This document shows, one piece after another, positions 10,030-19,885 of a stretch of 52,357 nucleotides of DNA. Location: positions 1 to 52,357 of the forward strand of contig JBAXUW010000003.1 in assembly GCA_037129495.1 (NCBI GenBank), in the 5' to 3' direction. A program made the translations under genes and the position numbers. Each line of letters opens with the position of its first letter. Positions within the stretch are counted from its first letter, which is position 1. Under the pieces are notes generated by a model, which was given only the letters and a program-made list of their open reading frames with translations, searched no databases and was not told the origin of the DNA. Origin of the DNA: Planctomycetota bacterium. Lineage in GTDB: Bacteria > Planctomycetota > Planctomycetia > Pirellulales > UBA1268.

Positions 10030-12929
10030 GACAGCTCCTCGATTATTTCAGCGATTTCAGCAGTGGCCCTTTCACGGGGTTGGGCAGCGGTCCAGACGAT
10101 CGGATGTCTGAGTTGGATCTTGCCGTCGGCTGTGCGGGTCGCCTCGGCCGGCCCGGTCGATGAGCCGCTGACACGAACCCGCCATCGGCCATCGACCCGC
10201 TGCCAGCCGTCACCGGTAGCCTCAAGATTTGCGGCGACTGCGGCCCGGAAAAACACCTCTCCACGTTGCGGCCGGCCTTCCAATCGGATCGTACGGCGGA
10301 GGATCGGCCGATCACCACCCGTCGCCGGTTGAATTGTCTCGCGGATCCGCATTCCATCGAGTGACCAGGTGAACGTGGGCCGACCAGTCGCATCGAGGGC
10401 ATAGCCGCCAAACCGTGCACCGCGTTTTCTGGGATCGCTTGGCCAGGGGGACACTGAGCTTTCAAGCACCGCGATCGCTGCGGCAGCATCGGGCGTAAAG
10501 ACCGCATCGCCGAGCGGCGGCTGCCAGCCCTCTCCACGGCCCGTCCAATGCCTACCGGCATCGATGAAGGCTCCGCGCCACACAAGAGCGAGCCGCAGCT
10601 GCTCGGCATCCCAGGCCAGGTTCACTTTTTCGGGATAGCCCACGCCGATGGCCCGCGGCCCGGCCCCGGCGATAAAGTTGCGGTAAATGATCGGCCGGTC
10701 GATAGGCACGAGTTCGATTGGATTGCTGCCGACCCCAATTGGCGGCCGCGGCTTTGCACCGGCGAGATAACGCCAGACACCCTCGATCTGTCCCGCCGCC
10801 GTGCCGTCGAGAGTGTCTGGGTAAAACGTTTTGCCCTCGGGCCAACCTGCCGGCATCCGCGTGCCCGGTCGAAACTGCTGTGGATTGGCGACGTAGGCGA
10901 GGAACCACTCGTGCCGCAGCCGCTGCGGCGTCCGCGCCAGGTCGACGACGCCAGTGCTCTGTCCCTTCTCACCACCAAACGAGTGACACTTGATACAGCC
11001 CAGGGCCTTTGAGCCGACAAGGTGCCGACCCGCGTCGTCAATTTCGGCCTCGTTGTGGCCGGTGAGTGTAGGCACGGGCTGCTGCGTCTTGGGGTCATCC
11101 GCGAGGAGCCTGGCAAGTGGTTCGGCGACGGAGGCGTGCCACTTTGGCATGAGTGTGTGCATGTAAAGGCCGCGGTCTTTGCCCCCTTGCAGGAGAACCT
11201 CACGCAGAAACTCCGGCCGCAGCTTGTCGCCCGTACCTGTCAGTGTTGGCGGGAGGCGGCCCTCGTCGCCAAGTTCCTGCACCGCAGACGTAAAAAGCGC
11301 GTCGCGGGCGGCCTCCCTGAGGATAGGTTCGCCGTCGTCATCAACCGCGGCCAGCGCTGGTAATACGCCCCCTTTGCCGTCGCGGCCCGGAGTCAGACGG
11401 CTGTGACAGGCGTAGCAGTTGAGGGCTGTGAGCGTGCGGTCGATCGCCCGGTCGTGGTCCGGCGGAGCGATTGCCTCAGGCGACTGAAGCCAGGCGATCG
11501 CGGTCGCAACCGCCGTCCGCTGGGCATCATCGAGGCCATACCGCGGCCCGCGACCGCCGCCGCCCGCAGCCAGGCAGCCGGTATCGAGGGCATCGAGATC
11601 GGTGAGGGATTTTCCGCCCTCCTGCGGCGCGACAGGCTTGCCGTCGCCGGCGGCCAGCTGATGGCAGTGTGCACAGCCCACAGTGGCAAACGCCGCCCGA
11701 CCTGCTTCCACGAGCGTCGAATCGAGCGTGAAGCTTTCGGCTTCGTCGCCGGCATCCTCGGGCCGAAATGCAGGCGTGCCGTCCGCAGTTGGCGTCACAA
11801 AGGCGAGCGCCGACACCCGCGGCCCCCGCGGCGGCTTGATGTCGAGGGCTAACACTTCGCGGCCGCTGGCCTCGAAGTAGTCGATCCGGATCGGATGGAT
11901 GCCGGCCGTGAGCTGGATAGATCCGTACCGCTCGGAATCGGAATGGATGCCGTCATGATCGACGACGAGCGTGTTGTCGATAAAAAGTCGACTGCCGTCG
12001 TCGCTGAGCAGATAAAACTGATAGACGCCCGCCCGCGTCGCATGCAAAAACCCCTGTAATTGCACGACAAATCCATCCTGTGATCCCGCCAGCGCCACGA
12101 TATCGAAACCCTTGACTGCGGCCGCCTTTGTCGCAGCGCCGAGCGACTCGATGGCGGGTAGTTTGTCGACTTCCCGGAGCCAGGCCCGTCCGGAAAAAGC
12201 GACGGTATCACGGTAGCTGTGCTGGGGCGTTTGCGGCTTGCCAAGCAGGCTCGCCGTGAGCTGCCGCCGCTCATCATCCTTCAGCGGCAGCGCCGGCATC
12301 CGGCTCGACGGACGCACTGCCAGCGGGTCTTTGAGAAAATCATCGAGGGCCTGCGGCGACCATTTCGTGTCGATATCGATGAGTTGAGCCTGATCCGGCA
12401 GGAGCAGTGCGGAGTTCACGCGGGAGCCGTGGCAGACAGCGCAGCCGGCCCGCTCATAGACCCGCTGCCCCTCACCGGCATTTGCCTTTTCGGATCCTTG
12501 AAATAGACCGTTGTCGAAGCTGCCTGTCGAGGCGAGATAGTGGGCGAGCGCCGTCGCCGTGCGGCCGCGGTCGGCTTCGGGCAGGCTGGCAAGCAGATGC
12601 GGCATTGTTGTGCCGGGCTTCACCCCCTGCGGATCCTTGAGATAGCTCATCAGCCACTGGGGCGCAAGCCGCTGGCCAACTCTGTCGAGGATCGGCCCCC
12701 GCTTTGGCAGCAGGTGGGCAGCGGCAGTTGCGGTCGGAGCATGGCAGTTCACACAGCCGAGTTCGCCGATGAGCAGAAGCCCCGACTCGATCTGGGCCGC
12801 CGGATCAGTCGTCGGCCGACCAAACCGCTCAAAGCCCGCCACGATCGGGCCCGACGCCAGAGCCGCGGGCGAGATTGCCAGCACCACGAGTGCAGGGAAG
12901 AAAAGTTTGTTGAGACGAGAACATCTCAT
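10023..12929 (-). CDS. Multiheme c-type cytochrome with PA14 domain (5 CxxCH)
   Basis: CVNCH, CAVCH, CAHCH, CYACH, CIKCH; PA14 signature FYLLSDDGSRLFIDNTLVVDHDGIHS; signal peptide. Overlaps the downstream gene by 7 bp. Confidence 0.85.
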   Translation of the reverse strand: MRCSRLNKLFFPALVVLAISPAALASGPIVAGFERFGRPTTDPAAQIESGLLLIGELGCVNCHAPTATAAAHLLPKRGPILDRVGQRLAPQWLMSYLKDPQGVKPGTTMPHLLASLPEADRGRTATALAHYLASTGSFDNGLFQGSEKANAGEGQRVYERAGCAVCHGSRVNSALLLPDQAQLIDIDTKWSPQALDDFLKDPLAVRPSSRMPALPLKDDERRQLTASLLGKPQTPQHSYRDTVAFSGRAWLREVDKLPAIESLGAATKAAAVKGFDIVALAGSQDGFVVQLQGFLHATRAGVYQFYLLSDDGSRLFIDNTLVVDHDGIHSDSERYGSIQLTAGIHPIRIDYFEASGREVLALDIKPPRGPRVSALAFVTPTADGTPAFRPEDAGDEAESFTLDSTLVEAGRAAFATVGCAHCHQLAAGDGKPVAPQEGGKSLTDLDALDTGCLAAGGGGRGPRYGLDDAQRTAVATAIAWLQSPEAIAPPDHDRAIDRTLTALNCYACHSRLTPGRDGKGGVLPALAAVDDDGEPILREAARDALFTSAVQELGDEGRLPPTLTGTGDKLRPEFLREVLLQGGKDRGLYMHTLMPKWHASVAEPLARLLADDPKTQQPVPTLTGHNEAEIDDAGRHLVGSKALGCIKCHSFGGEKGQSTGVVDLARTPQRLRHEWFLAYVANPQQFRPGTRMPAGWPEGKTFYPDTLDGTAAGQIEGVWRYLAGAKPRPPIGVGSNPIELVPIDRPIIYRNFIAGAGPRAIGVGYPEKVNLAWDAEQLRLALVWRGAFIDAGRHWTGRGEGWQPPLGDAVFTPDAAAAIAVLESSVSPWPSDPRKRGARFGGYALDATGRPTFTWSLDGMRIRETIQPATGGDRPILRRTIRLEGRPQRGEVFFRAAVAANLEATGDGWQRVDGRWRVRVSGSSTGPAEATRTADGKIQLRHPIVWTAAQPRERATAEIAEIIEELSW

Positions 12930-13042
12930 ACGTTATTCGATTCCTCTGAGCACGTCTCTTGGGAGAATGGCTAACGGAGTCATCCTCAGTCTAGTCGCTG
13001 AGAGTGTGCCTGGTGCCAACCAATGCCTCTTATTGTTTCCTT

Positions 13043-13067
13043 GTGGGATAAGTTTTCCAACTTGTCC
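13043..13067 (+). repeat. REP-like motif
   Basis: GTGGGATAAGTTTTCCAACTTGTCC, in the divergent cytochrome/valS intergenic region. Confidence 0.85.
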
Positions 13068-13197
13068 AATGCGTTTTGCTGTGCAGTTCTGGCACTGCAC
13101 CGCCGGATTCCTCCGTGTACAGCCTGCCAGACGTCTATCTCCCCATGGCGGGAAACCATGGCTCTCCGCTAAAGTTTGGCGTTTTCCAGGAGACGCC

Positions 13198-16100
13198 ATG
13201 CACGAACTGCCAAAGCAATACGACCACGCCGCCGCCCAGGCCCGCTGCCGCGCCCTCTGGGATGCCGGTCGCTACTGGCATGCCGAACCGGCCGACCGCC
13301 GCCCCGGCCAAAAGGTCTTCTCGATCGTCATGCCGCCGCCCAATGTCACCGGCGCTCTTCATCTTGGCCACGCCCTCAACAACAGCCTGCAGGATCTGCT
13401 TGTCCGCACGCGGCGCATGCAGGGCTACCTCACGCTCTGGATGCCCGGCACCGACCATGCTGGCATCGCCACGCAGGCCGTTGTCGAACGTCGGCTGCTC
13501 GAGGAGGAAAAGCTCTCCCGGCACGATCTCGGCCGCGAGAAACTAGTCGAGCGAATCTGGGCCTGGAAAGAACAGTATGAGAAGCGGATCCTCGGACAGC
13601 TTCGCGACATGGGCTCCAGTTGCGACTGGGACCGCGTGCGGTTTACGCTCGACGACCAGTGCGGCCGGGCCGTTCGCGAGGCGTTCTTTCGGCTCTTTGA
13701 AAAGGGACTCGTCCGCCGCGGCAAGCGGCTCGTGAACTGGGACCCTTTCCTGCAGACTGCCGTCAGCGACGACGAGGTCTTTCATGAGCAGGTGAAGGGC
13801 CACTTCTGGCACATCCGCTATGACGTCATCGACCCCCAGCCGGGTGAGCCGGCCAGTGTGACGGTGGCGACCACGCGGCCCGAGACGCTGCTGGGCGACA
13901 CAGCCGTGGCCGTCCACCCCGAGCCAACTGCCGCACTGAACGCAGCAGAAACATCGCTCCGTGAGAAACGCACGGCCGCGCCGGCGAAGGAGCATGCCGA
14001 TATCGATCGACAGCTCGACGAGCTTGCCGCCCGCCGCACAGAACTCTTGCCGCTGCTTGAGACCCTCGCCGCGATGGCAAAGGCTGGCCGGCGGGTACGG
14101 CTGCCGCTGCTCGGTCGGGCGATTCCGCTCGTGGCCGACGAATGGGCCAAGCCCGAACTGGGCTCCGGCTGCGTGAAGATCACGCCGGCCCACGACCAAA
14201 ACGACTACGAAGTCGGCCTCCGGCAGCAGCTGCCGATGATCAACATCTTAAAGCCCGACGGCACGCTCAATACTGAGGCGGGTCCGTATGCGGGCCTGGC
14301 GATGATGAAGGCCCGCGCGCGGGTCGTGGCCGATCTCGAGGCTGCGGGTCAGCTCGTGCAGGTGGAAGACCGTGTTATCGACCTGGCCCACTCCGACCGG
14401 TCGAAGACGCCGATCGAGCCCTATCTCGCCGATCAGTGGTTTATCCGGATGAGCGAGATCGCGCAGCCCGCGCTCGATGCCGTCGAGCAGGGGAAGGTTC
14501 GGATCTTGCCGGAGCGGTATGCGAAGAGCTATCTCGACTGGCTCGGCGAGAAGCGCGACTGGCCGGTGAGCCGGCAGCTCTGGTGGGGCCACCGGATTCC
14601 GATCTGGCATGTGGAAGGAGTCACAGACGCCGATCTCAAGCTTGCCTTCGTCGGCCGCCCGACTGTTCGCTGGAAGACTGATGGTGGCACCGGCTGGCAT
14701 GTCTGTACTTCGGAAGAGTCGCTCGGCGTAGAGACTGTCGCCGGCCAGTCGCTCAGGTCCGATCCCGACACGCTCGACACCTGGTTTTCCTCAGCGCTCT
14801 GGCCCCACTCCACGCTCGGCTGGCCCGATCAGACGGCCGCGATCGACTGCTTCTATCCCACGACGACGCTCGTGACCAGCCGCGACATCATCACGCTCTG
14901 GGTAGCGCGGATGGTGATCATGGGGATCTTTGATACCGGCAAAATCCCGTTTCATGATGTCGCCATCCATCCCAAGATTCTCGACCGCTACGGCGAGACG
15001 ATGAGCAAGAGCAAGGGCAACGGCGTCGATCCGCTCGACGTGATCGAATCACTCGGCGCGGATGCGCTGCGGTTTGGGATGGTCAGCATGGCGACTGAGA
15101 CACAAGACGTGCGGATGCCGGTTGAGTATCAGTGCCCCCACTGCGAGGCTCACATTGAGCAGACCGTGCAAAATAGGATGCTCCCGCGGGTCGAGTGCCC
15201 GAAGTGCAAGAAGGCATTTCGCACGCAGTGGGCGCAGAAGCCCGAAGACATCGCCCTGCCCCGCGGGCCGGCGCTCTCCGAACGCTTTGAGTCGGGCCGA
15301 AACTTTTCCAACAAGCTCTGGAATGCGACCCGGTTTGTGCTCATGAACTTGGAAGAGTTTCAGGGGGAGGATCTTTCGCAGGGTGTTCTGGCTGGCGACG
15401 TGACTGCGCTTGAAGACCGCTGGCTTCTAAGCCGGCTGGCGAGCGTCACCCGCGCTACAACAAAGGCGATCGACGAATACAAATTCGCCGAGGCGTCTCG
15501 GATCCTCTATGCCTTCGCCTGGGACGAGTATTGCTCGGCCTATCTGGAACTCTGCAAGGCGCGGCTCGCCGATCCGGCGACTAGGAAGCAGGCGCAGTCG
15601 ATGCTGCTCTTGGGCCTCGACACGATCCTGCGGCTCCTCCACCCGATCATGCCGTTTGTGACGGAGGAGATCTGGCAGCACCTCCACGAGGCGGCAGGCA
15701 GCCGGCAGATGCCGTGGGATTCTTCCGGCCTTGCCACCGCGATCATGATCGCGCCGTGGCCTGCGCCGCCGGCTGAGTGGATCGACAGCCACACCGAGAC
15801 ACAGTTTGGCACGTTCCTTGGCGTGGTCGGCGCGATCCGCGAGATTCGCTCCCGGCAAAACGTGCCACCCAAGACCCGGTTGAAGGTGGCGATTCGGGCT
15901 CCACGAGACACAGCCGAATTACTCGCCCCCATGTATGCTTCGATCGAATCGATGGCGGCGGCGGATGTGACAGCCATGGGACCCGATGCGGCAGGCGCTC
16001 CCGGCGCGGCGACTGCCAACGCGGTGGGCTGCGACATCTTCGTCGATCTGGCCGATCTGATTGACGTCGGCGCCGAGATCACCCGGCTTGCCAAGGAAAA

Positions 16101-16272
16101 CGAGAAGACAGCCGGCTTCATCGCCGCCAAGCTGGCAAAGCTTGCCGACGAAAGATTTGCGGCCAAGGCCCCGCCCGCCGTGGTGCAGAAGGAGCGGGAG
16201 CAACTGGCTGAACTCGAAGCAAAACTCGTCAAGGGGAGGGTGACGCTGGCCGAACTGAAAGCCCGGCTTTAA
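13198..16272 (+). CDS. valS: Valine--tRNA ligase
   Basis: MPPPNVTGALHLGH, PGTDHAGIATQ, GSGCVKITPAHD, DWPVSRQLWWGHRIP, DTWFSSALWP, TMSKSKGNGVDP, C-terminal coiled-coil arm. ATG 13198 follows AGGAG. Confidence 0.97.
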   Translation: MHELPKQYDHAAAQARCRALWDAGRYWHAEPADRRPGQKVFSIVMPPPNVTGALHLGHALNNSLQDLLVRTRRMQGYLTLWMPGTDHAGIATQAVVERRLLEEEKLSRHDLGREKLVERIWAWKEQYEKRILGQLRDMGSSCDWDRVRFTLDDQCGRAVREAFFRLFEKGLVRRGKRLVNWDPFLQTAVSDDEVFHEQVKGHFWHIRYDVIDPQPGEPASVTVATTRPETLLGDTAVAVHPEPTAALNAAETSLREKRTAAPAKEHADIDRQLDELAARRTELLPLLETLAAMAKAGRRVRLPLLGRAIPLVADEWAKPELGSGCVKITPAHDQNDYEVGLRQQLPMINILKPDGTLNTEAGPYAGLAMMKARARVVADLEAAGQLVQVEDRVIDLAHSDRSKTPIEPYLADQWFIRMSEIAQPALDAVEQGKVRILPERYAKSYLDWLGEKRDWPVSRQLWWGHRIPIWHVEGVTDADLKLAFVGRPTVRWKTDGGTGWHVCTSEESLGVETVAGQSLRSDPDTLDTWFSSALWPHSTLGWPDQTAAIDCFYPTTTLVTSRDIITLWVARMVIMGIFDTGKIPFHDVAIHPKILDRYGETMSKSKGNGVDPLDVIESLGADALRFGMVSMATETQDVRMPVEYQCPHCEAHIEQTVQNRMLPRVECPKCKKAFRTQWAQKPEDIALPRGPALSERFESGRNFSNKLWNATRFVLMNLEEFQGEDLSQGVLAGDVTALEDRWLLSRLASVTRATTKAIDEYKFAEASRILYAFAWDEYCSAYLELCKARLADPATRKQAQSMLLLGLDTILRLLHPIMPFVTEEIWQHLHEAAGSRQMPWDSSGLATAIMIAPWPAPPAEWIDSHTETQFGTFLGVVGAIREIRSRQNVPPKTRLKVAIRAPRDTAELLAPMYASIESMAAADVTAMGPDAAGAPGAATANAVGCDIFVDLADLIDVGAEITRLAKENEKTAGFIAAKLAKLADERFAAKAPPAVVQKEREQLAELEAKLVKGRVTLAELKARL

Positions 16273-16381
16273 GGCCCCGGCGTGAAACAGGCTGCGATTT
16301 TAAGGTAGGATGTGGGTAGGCGGCAGCAAGTCGGGAGGACGCGTCGCAGGTGCCACGGTCGCATGTAACCGGAGACAAATC

Positions 16382-16783
16382 ATGAGTGTCCAGATGGAAC
16401 TCTCGCGGATCATCATCAGTGAGATTAACGATCAGCAGGTGGTCTACCTGAAGGAGGTGGAGGGTGACCGCACCTTCCCAATCCTGATCGGCCTCTTCGA
16501 GGCGACGAGCATCGACCGCCGTGTAAAGCATCACCAGTCCCCGCGGCCGCTCACGCACGACCTGCTCGTGGCCGCCGTCGAACTGCTCGGCGGTGAGTTT
16601 CAGGATGTGGTGATCTCAGAGCTCAAGGAGCACACCTACTTTGCCACGATTCGGGTGCTGAAGAATGGCGAGACCGTCGAGATCGACGCCCGTCCTTCCG
16701 ACGCGATCGCTGTGGCGGTGACCTGCGAGCCAAACCTACCGATCTACGTCGCCGAGGAAGTTCTCGCCGACGTCCTGGGCTGA
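16382..16783 (+). CDS. Bifunctional nuclease family protein (DUF151/BFN)
   Basis: RTFPILIGLFEATSI, RPLTHDL, YFATI, IDARPSDAIAVA. Confidence 0.9.
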   Translation: MSVQMELSRIIISEINDQQVVYLKEVEGDRTFPILIGLFEATSIDRRVKHHQSPRPLTHDLLVAAVELLGGEFQDVVISELKEHTYFATIRVLKNGETVEIDARPSDAIAVAVTCEPNLPIYVAEEVLADVLG

Positions 16784-16804
16784 GCGTGCCTATTCCTCAC
16801 TGAA

Positions 16805-16824
16805 GGCGAGTTTTCCAACGTGCC
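16805..16824 (+). repeat. Degenerate REP-like motif
   Basis: GGCGAGTTTTCCAACGTGCC shares AGTTTTCCAACGTG with the 47751 copy. Lies in a convergent intergenic gap. Confidence 0.5.
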
Positions 16825-16832
16825 GGTCCTCC

Positions 16833-18593
16833 CTACACGCCAAACGCCTTGCGGAGCACCTGGAGCGACTTCTCGCCGTGCTCGGCAGCGACGACAACGT
16901 TGAGTCGGACCTCGCTTGTGCTCACGAGGTCGATGTTGATGCCCTCGTCAGCCAGCGGCTTGAAAAGCCGGTCTGCCACACCTGCATGGCTGCGGATGCC
17001 CACGCCCATGATCGAGAGTTTAGCGACATGCGGCACGTCGGCTACCTTCGCTCCGCGGGCGGCGGCGATCTTGCCGGCGACTTCGATCGCCCGGTCGTGG
17101 CTTTCAGCCGGCACTGTAAACGAGATCTCGGCTCGGCCGTTTCGGGGGTGACTTTGCACGATCATGTCGACGACCAGACCTGCTCGGCCCACCTCCTCGA
17201 AGACGTCGGCTGCCACGCCGGGCGTGTCAGGAAGATCGGTGAACGTGACGAGCGCCTGCGATTCGTCGAGCTGGCAATCCTCGACCGCAAGATCTTCCAT
17301 CCCATCAAGTCGGCACACGACGTCGAGTGGGCTCGATTTCGCGAGATGCGTGGCCGCGATGTCGGCCGCATCACCCGGCTTCTCCTGCTCTAGGCCGAAT
17401 GCCTTGTGAACCGCCTGCACAGCGGCCGGGCCATCTTTCTTATCGACGAGGACGGAGATCTTGATCTCGCTGGTGGTGATCATGCGAACATTGATCTTCT
17501 CGCGGGAGAGCGCCGAGAACATCCGGCCGGCGACCCCCTCCTCTGTCTTCATGCCGACGCCGACCACCGACACCTTTGCCAGTGCGCTGTCGTGCGAGAC
17601 GCCAGTCGCACCCAGCTTCAAGGCGACGCGAGTGGAGAGCTCAAGCGACTCGGCAAGATCGTCGGCCGGCACCGTGAACGAGATATCCGCCTGGCCACCC
17701 TGACCGACGTTTTGCACGATCATGTCGACCGCGATCCCGGACGCAGCGAGTTGCGAGAAGAGTGCATGGCTCGATCCCGGCTGGTCGGGGACGTTTTCCA
17801 GCGTGATCCGCGCCTCGTCTCGGGCCAGGGCCACGCCGCTGGCGGGCCTTGGCGTCGCCTCTTCGGCTGCGAGGATCACCGTGCCCGGCACATCCTTGAA
17901 GCTCGAACGCACGAGCACCTTGACGCCAAACTTCTTGGCAAACTCGATCGACCGCGAGTGCATGACTCCGGCGCCGAGGCTGGCAAGCTCCAGCATCTCG
18001 TCATAGCTGATCGATGCCAGCCGGCGGGCGTCAGGGAGCATCCGAGGGTCGGTTGTGTAGACGCCGTCGACGTCGGTATAGATCTCGCAGAGATCGGCGT
18101 CGAGTACGGCCGCCAGGGCGACGGCTGTTGTGTCGGAGCCGCCCCGGCCGAGCGTTGTGATGTTGCCATGCTGGTCGATCCCCTGAAAGCCCGCTGCGAT
18201 CACGATCGCGCCGTCATCAAGAAATTTTTTCATCTGGTCGGTCGAGATCGATTTGATGCGGGCCTTGGTGTGGGTGGAGTCGGTGCGGATGCCGATTTGT
18301 GCGCCGGTGAGGCTCACGGCCTTGTGCCCGAGCGAATGGATTGCCATCGCAAACAGGGCCACGCTCACCTGCTCGCCCGTGGAAAGGAGCATGTCCATTT
18401 CGCGGGCGCTTGGCCGCTCGGAAATCTGCTTTGCCAGGTCGACGAGCACGTCGGTCTGCTGGCCCATGGCGCTGACGACCACGACAACCTGATGGCCAGC
18501 CTGCTGCCGCGCGATCGCCTTCCTTGCAGCCGCGAGGATCTTCTGGGGATCGGCCACGCTCGTCCCGCCAAACTTCTGCACCACCAGAGCCAT
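16833..18593 (-). CDS. lysC: Aspartate kinase with four ACT repeats
   Basis: MALVVQKFGGTSV, VVVVSAMG, TTLGRGGSDTTAV, IYTDVDGVYTTDPR, and duplicated ACT pairs (ITTSEIKISV / VSTSEVRLNV). Confidence 0.95.
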   Translation of the reverse strand: MALVVQKFGGTSVADPQKILAAARKAIARQQAGHQVVVVVSAMGQQTDVLVDLAKQISERPSAREMDMLLSTGEQVSVALFAMAIHSLGHKAVSLTGAQIGIRTDSTHTKARIKSISTDQMKKFLDDGAIVIAAGFQGIDQHGNITTLGRGGSDTTAVALAAVLDADLCEIYTDVDGVYTTDPRMLPDARRLASISYDEMLELASLGAGVMHSRSIEFAKKFGVKVLVRSSFKDVPGTVILAAEEATPRPASGVALARDEARITLENVPDQPGSSHALFSQLAASGIAVDMIVQNVGQGGQADISFTVPADDLAESLELSTRVALKLGATGVSHDSALAKVSVVGVGMKTEEGVAGRMFSALSREKINVRMITTSEIKISVLVDKKDGPAAVQAVHKAFGLEQEKPGDAADIAATHLAKSSPLDVVCRLDGMEDLAVEDCQLDESQALVTFTDLPDTPGVAADVFEEVGRAGLVVDMIVQSHPRNGRAEISFTVPAESHDRAIEVAGKIAAARGAKVADVPHVAKLSIMGVGIRSHAGVADRLFKPLADEGINIDLVSTSEVRLNVVVAAEHGEKSLQVLRKAFGV

Positions 18594-18610
18594 CGACATT
18601 CACTCCTGCG

Positions 18611-19876
18611 TTATGACACGCTCTTGGAACCTAAAAAATCGCCCATCAGCTTCCAGCCCGGCTCGATCCGCTCTCCGCTCTCCGCGGCAGCCACTTCGTC
18701 GTAGGTCTGCTGGCCCGACGGTGTGATGCCGGCGCCGGCCATCACAAAGGGCACAGGTCCGCGGGAATGCGTCTTGGTGCGAATGAAGGTCGGGTGGTCG
18801 GGGCAGACGAGAATCCGGTGATCGGGCCCGCCAGCCAGATGCGCCGCGATCGGACCCACGATCTTGGCGTCAATCTCCTCGATCGCCTTCACCTTCTCTG
18901 TGGCGTTGCCCTGATGGCTCGCCTCGTCTGGCGCCTCGACATGCACGCAGACTAAGTCCGCGGTGGCAAGCTCCGCGATCGCGGCCCGACCCTTGCCGGC
19001 ATAGTCGGTATCGAGATAGCCCGTCGCGCCCCGCACCTCCAGCCGCTTCCAGCCGGCGAGCGACGCCAGTCCGCGGAGCAGGTCGACGGCCGTAATCATC
19101 GTGCCACTGATGCCGTATTTCTCTGCAAATGGCTCCATGGCGGGAGCCCGCCCCACGCCCCAGAGCCAGACATGCGTGGCTGGCCGCTTGCCGGCCGCGA
19201 TCCGTGCCTGGTTGACGGGATGCCCGGCCAGCCAGACGGCACTGCGCGACATGACCTCTGTCAGCAGCCGGCTGCCAGTGCCGCGGGGGAACGAGTCGGC
19301 GACGGATTTATCCATGAGATCGTGCGGCGGCGTGGCCCGCAGATCGGCACCCAGCGGCGCGGCGGTGCCGGCCTGTCCGCGATAGAGCAGAAGATTGCGG
19401 TAGCTGACGCCCGGCTTAAATTCCCAAGCCGCGGCAAGTTCCGGGAATTCGGCGGCGAGGCCCCGCTGGGCGGCCGCCAGCAGCTCCTTGCCCTCTGCCG
19501 TTGTGATATGGCCGGCGGTGAAGTCTTCCATCATGGCGTCCATGGCATCTGGCGGGCCCTCAGCGGCGGTTCTGATCGTGACCAGGTTGCACCGCACCGC
19601 CCAGTCGTCCGGTCCGAGCGTGATGCCCTGGGCTGCCGCCTCCAGCGGCGCGCGGCCGGTAAAGTAGACCAATGGGTCGTATCCCAAGAGGCTCATGCAG
19701 GCCACTTCAGAGCCGGGGGGCAGGCTGTCGGGCACATGGTTGGTGAGGCCGACCCGGCCGCGGACGACGAGCGCATCCATGGCTGGCGTGCGGGCGGCCT
19801 GAAATGCCGTTTTGCCGCCCAGCGACTCCTGTGGGGCGTCGGCTGCACCGTCGGGGATCACGATTACGTATTTCAT
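18611..19876 (-). CDS. apgM: Cofactor-independent phosphoglycerate mutase family protein (ApgM; 'proposed homoserine kinase' subgroup)
   Basis: MKYVIVIPDGAAD, PGSEVACMSLLGYDP, YFTGRAPLEAAAQGI, GATGYLDTDY, VHVEAPDEASH, CPDHPT..THS. Confidence 0.85.
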   Translation of the reverse strand: MKYVIVIPDGAADAPQESLGGKTAFQAARTPAMDALVVRGRVGLTNHVPDSLPPGSEVACMSLLGYDPLVYFTGRAPLEAAAQGITLGPDDWAVRCNLVTIRTAAEGPPDAMDAMMEDFTAGHITTAEGKELLAAAQRGLAAEFPELAAAWEFKPGVSYRNLLLYRGQAGTAAPLGADLRATPPHDLMDKSVADSFPRGTGSRLLTEVMSRSAVWLAGHPVNQARIAAGKRPATHVWLWGVGRAPAMEPFAEKYGISGTMITAVDLLRGLASLAGWKRLEVRGATGYLDTDYAGKGRAAIAELATADLVCVHVEAPDEASHQGNATEKVKAIEEIDAKIVGPIAAHLAGGPDHRILVCPDHPTFIRTKTHSRGPVPFVMAGAGITPSGQQTYDEVAAAESGERIEPGWKLMGDFLGSKSVS

Positions 19877-19885
19877 AAAGGTCCT

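Noticed and set aside
13021-13197. T-box or attenuator in the valS leader
   Set aside because: No T-box consensus (AAGGTGGTACC-like). The only structured element seen is the REP copy.
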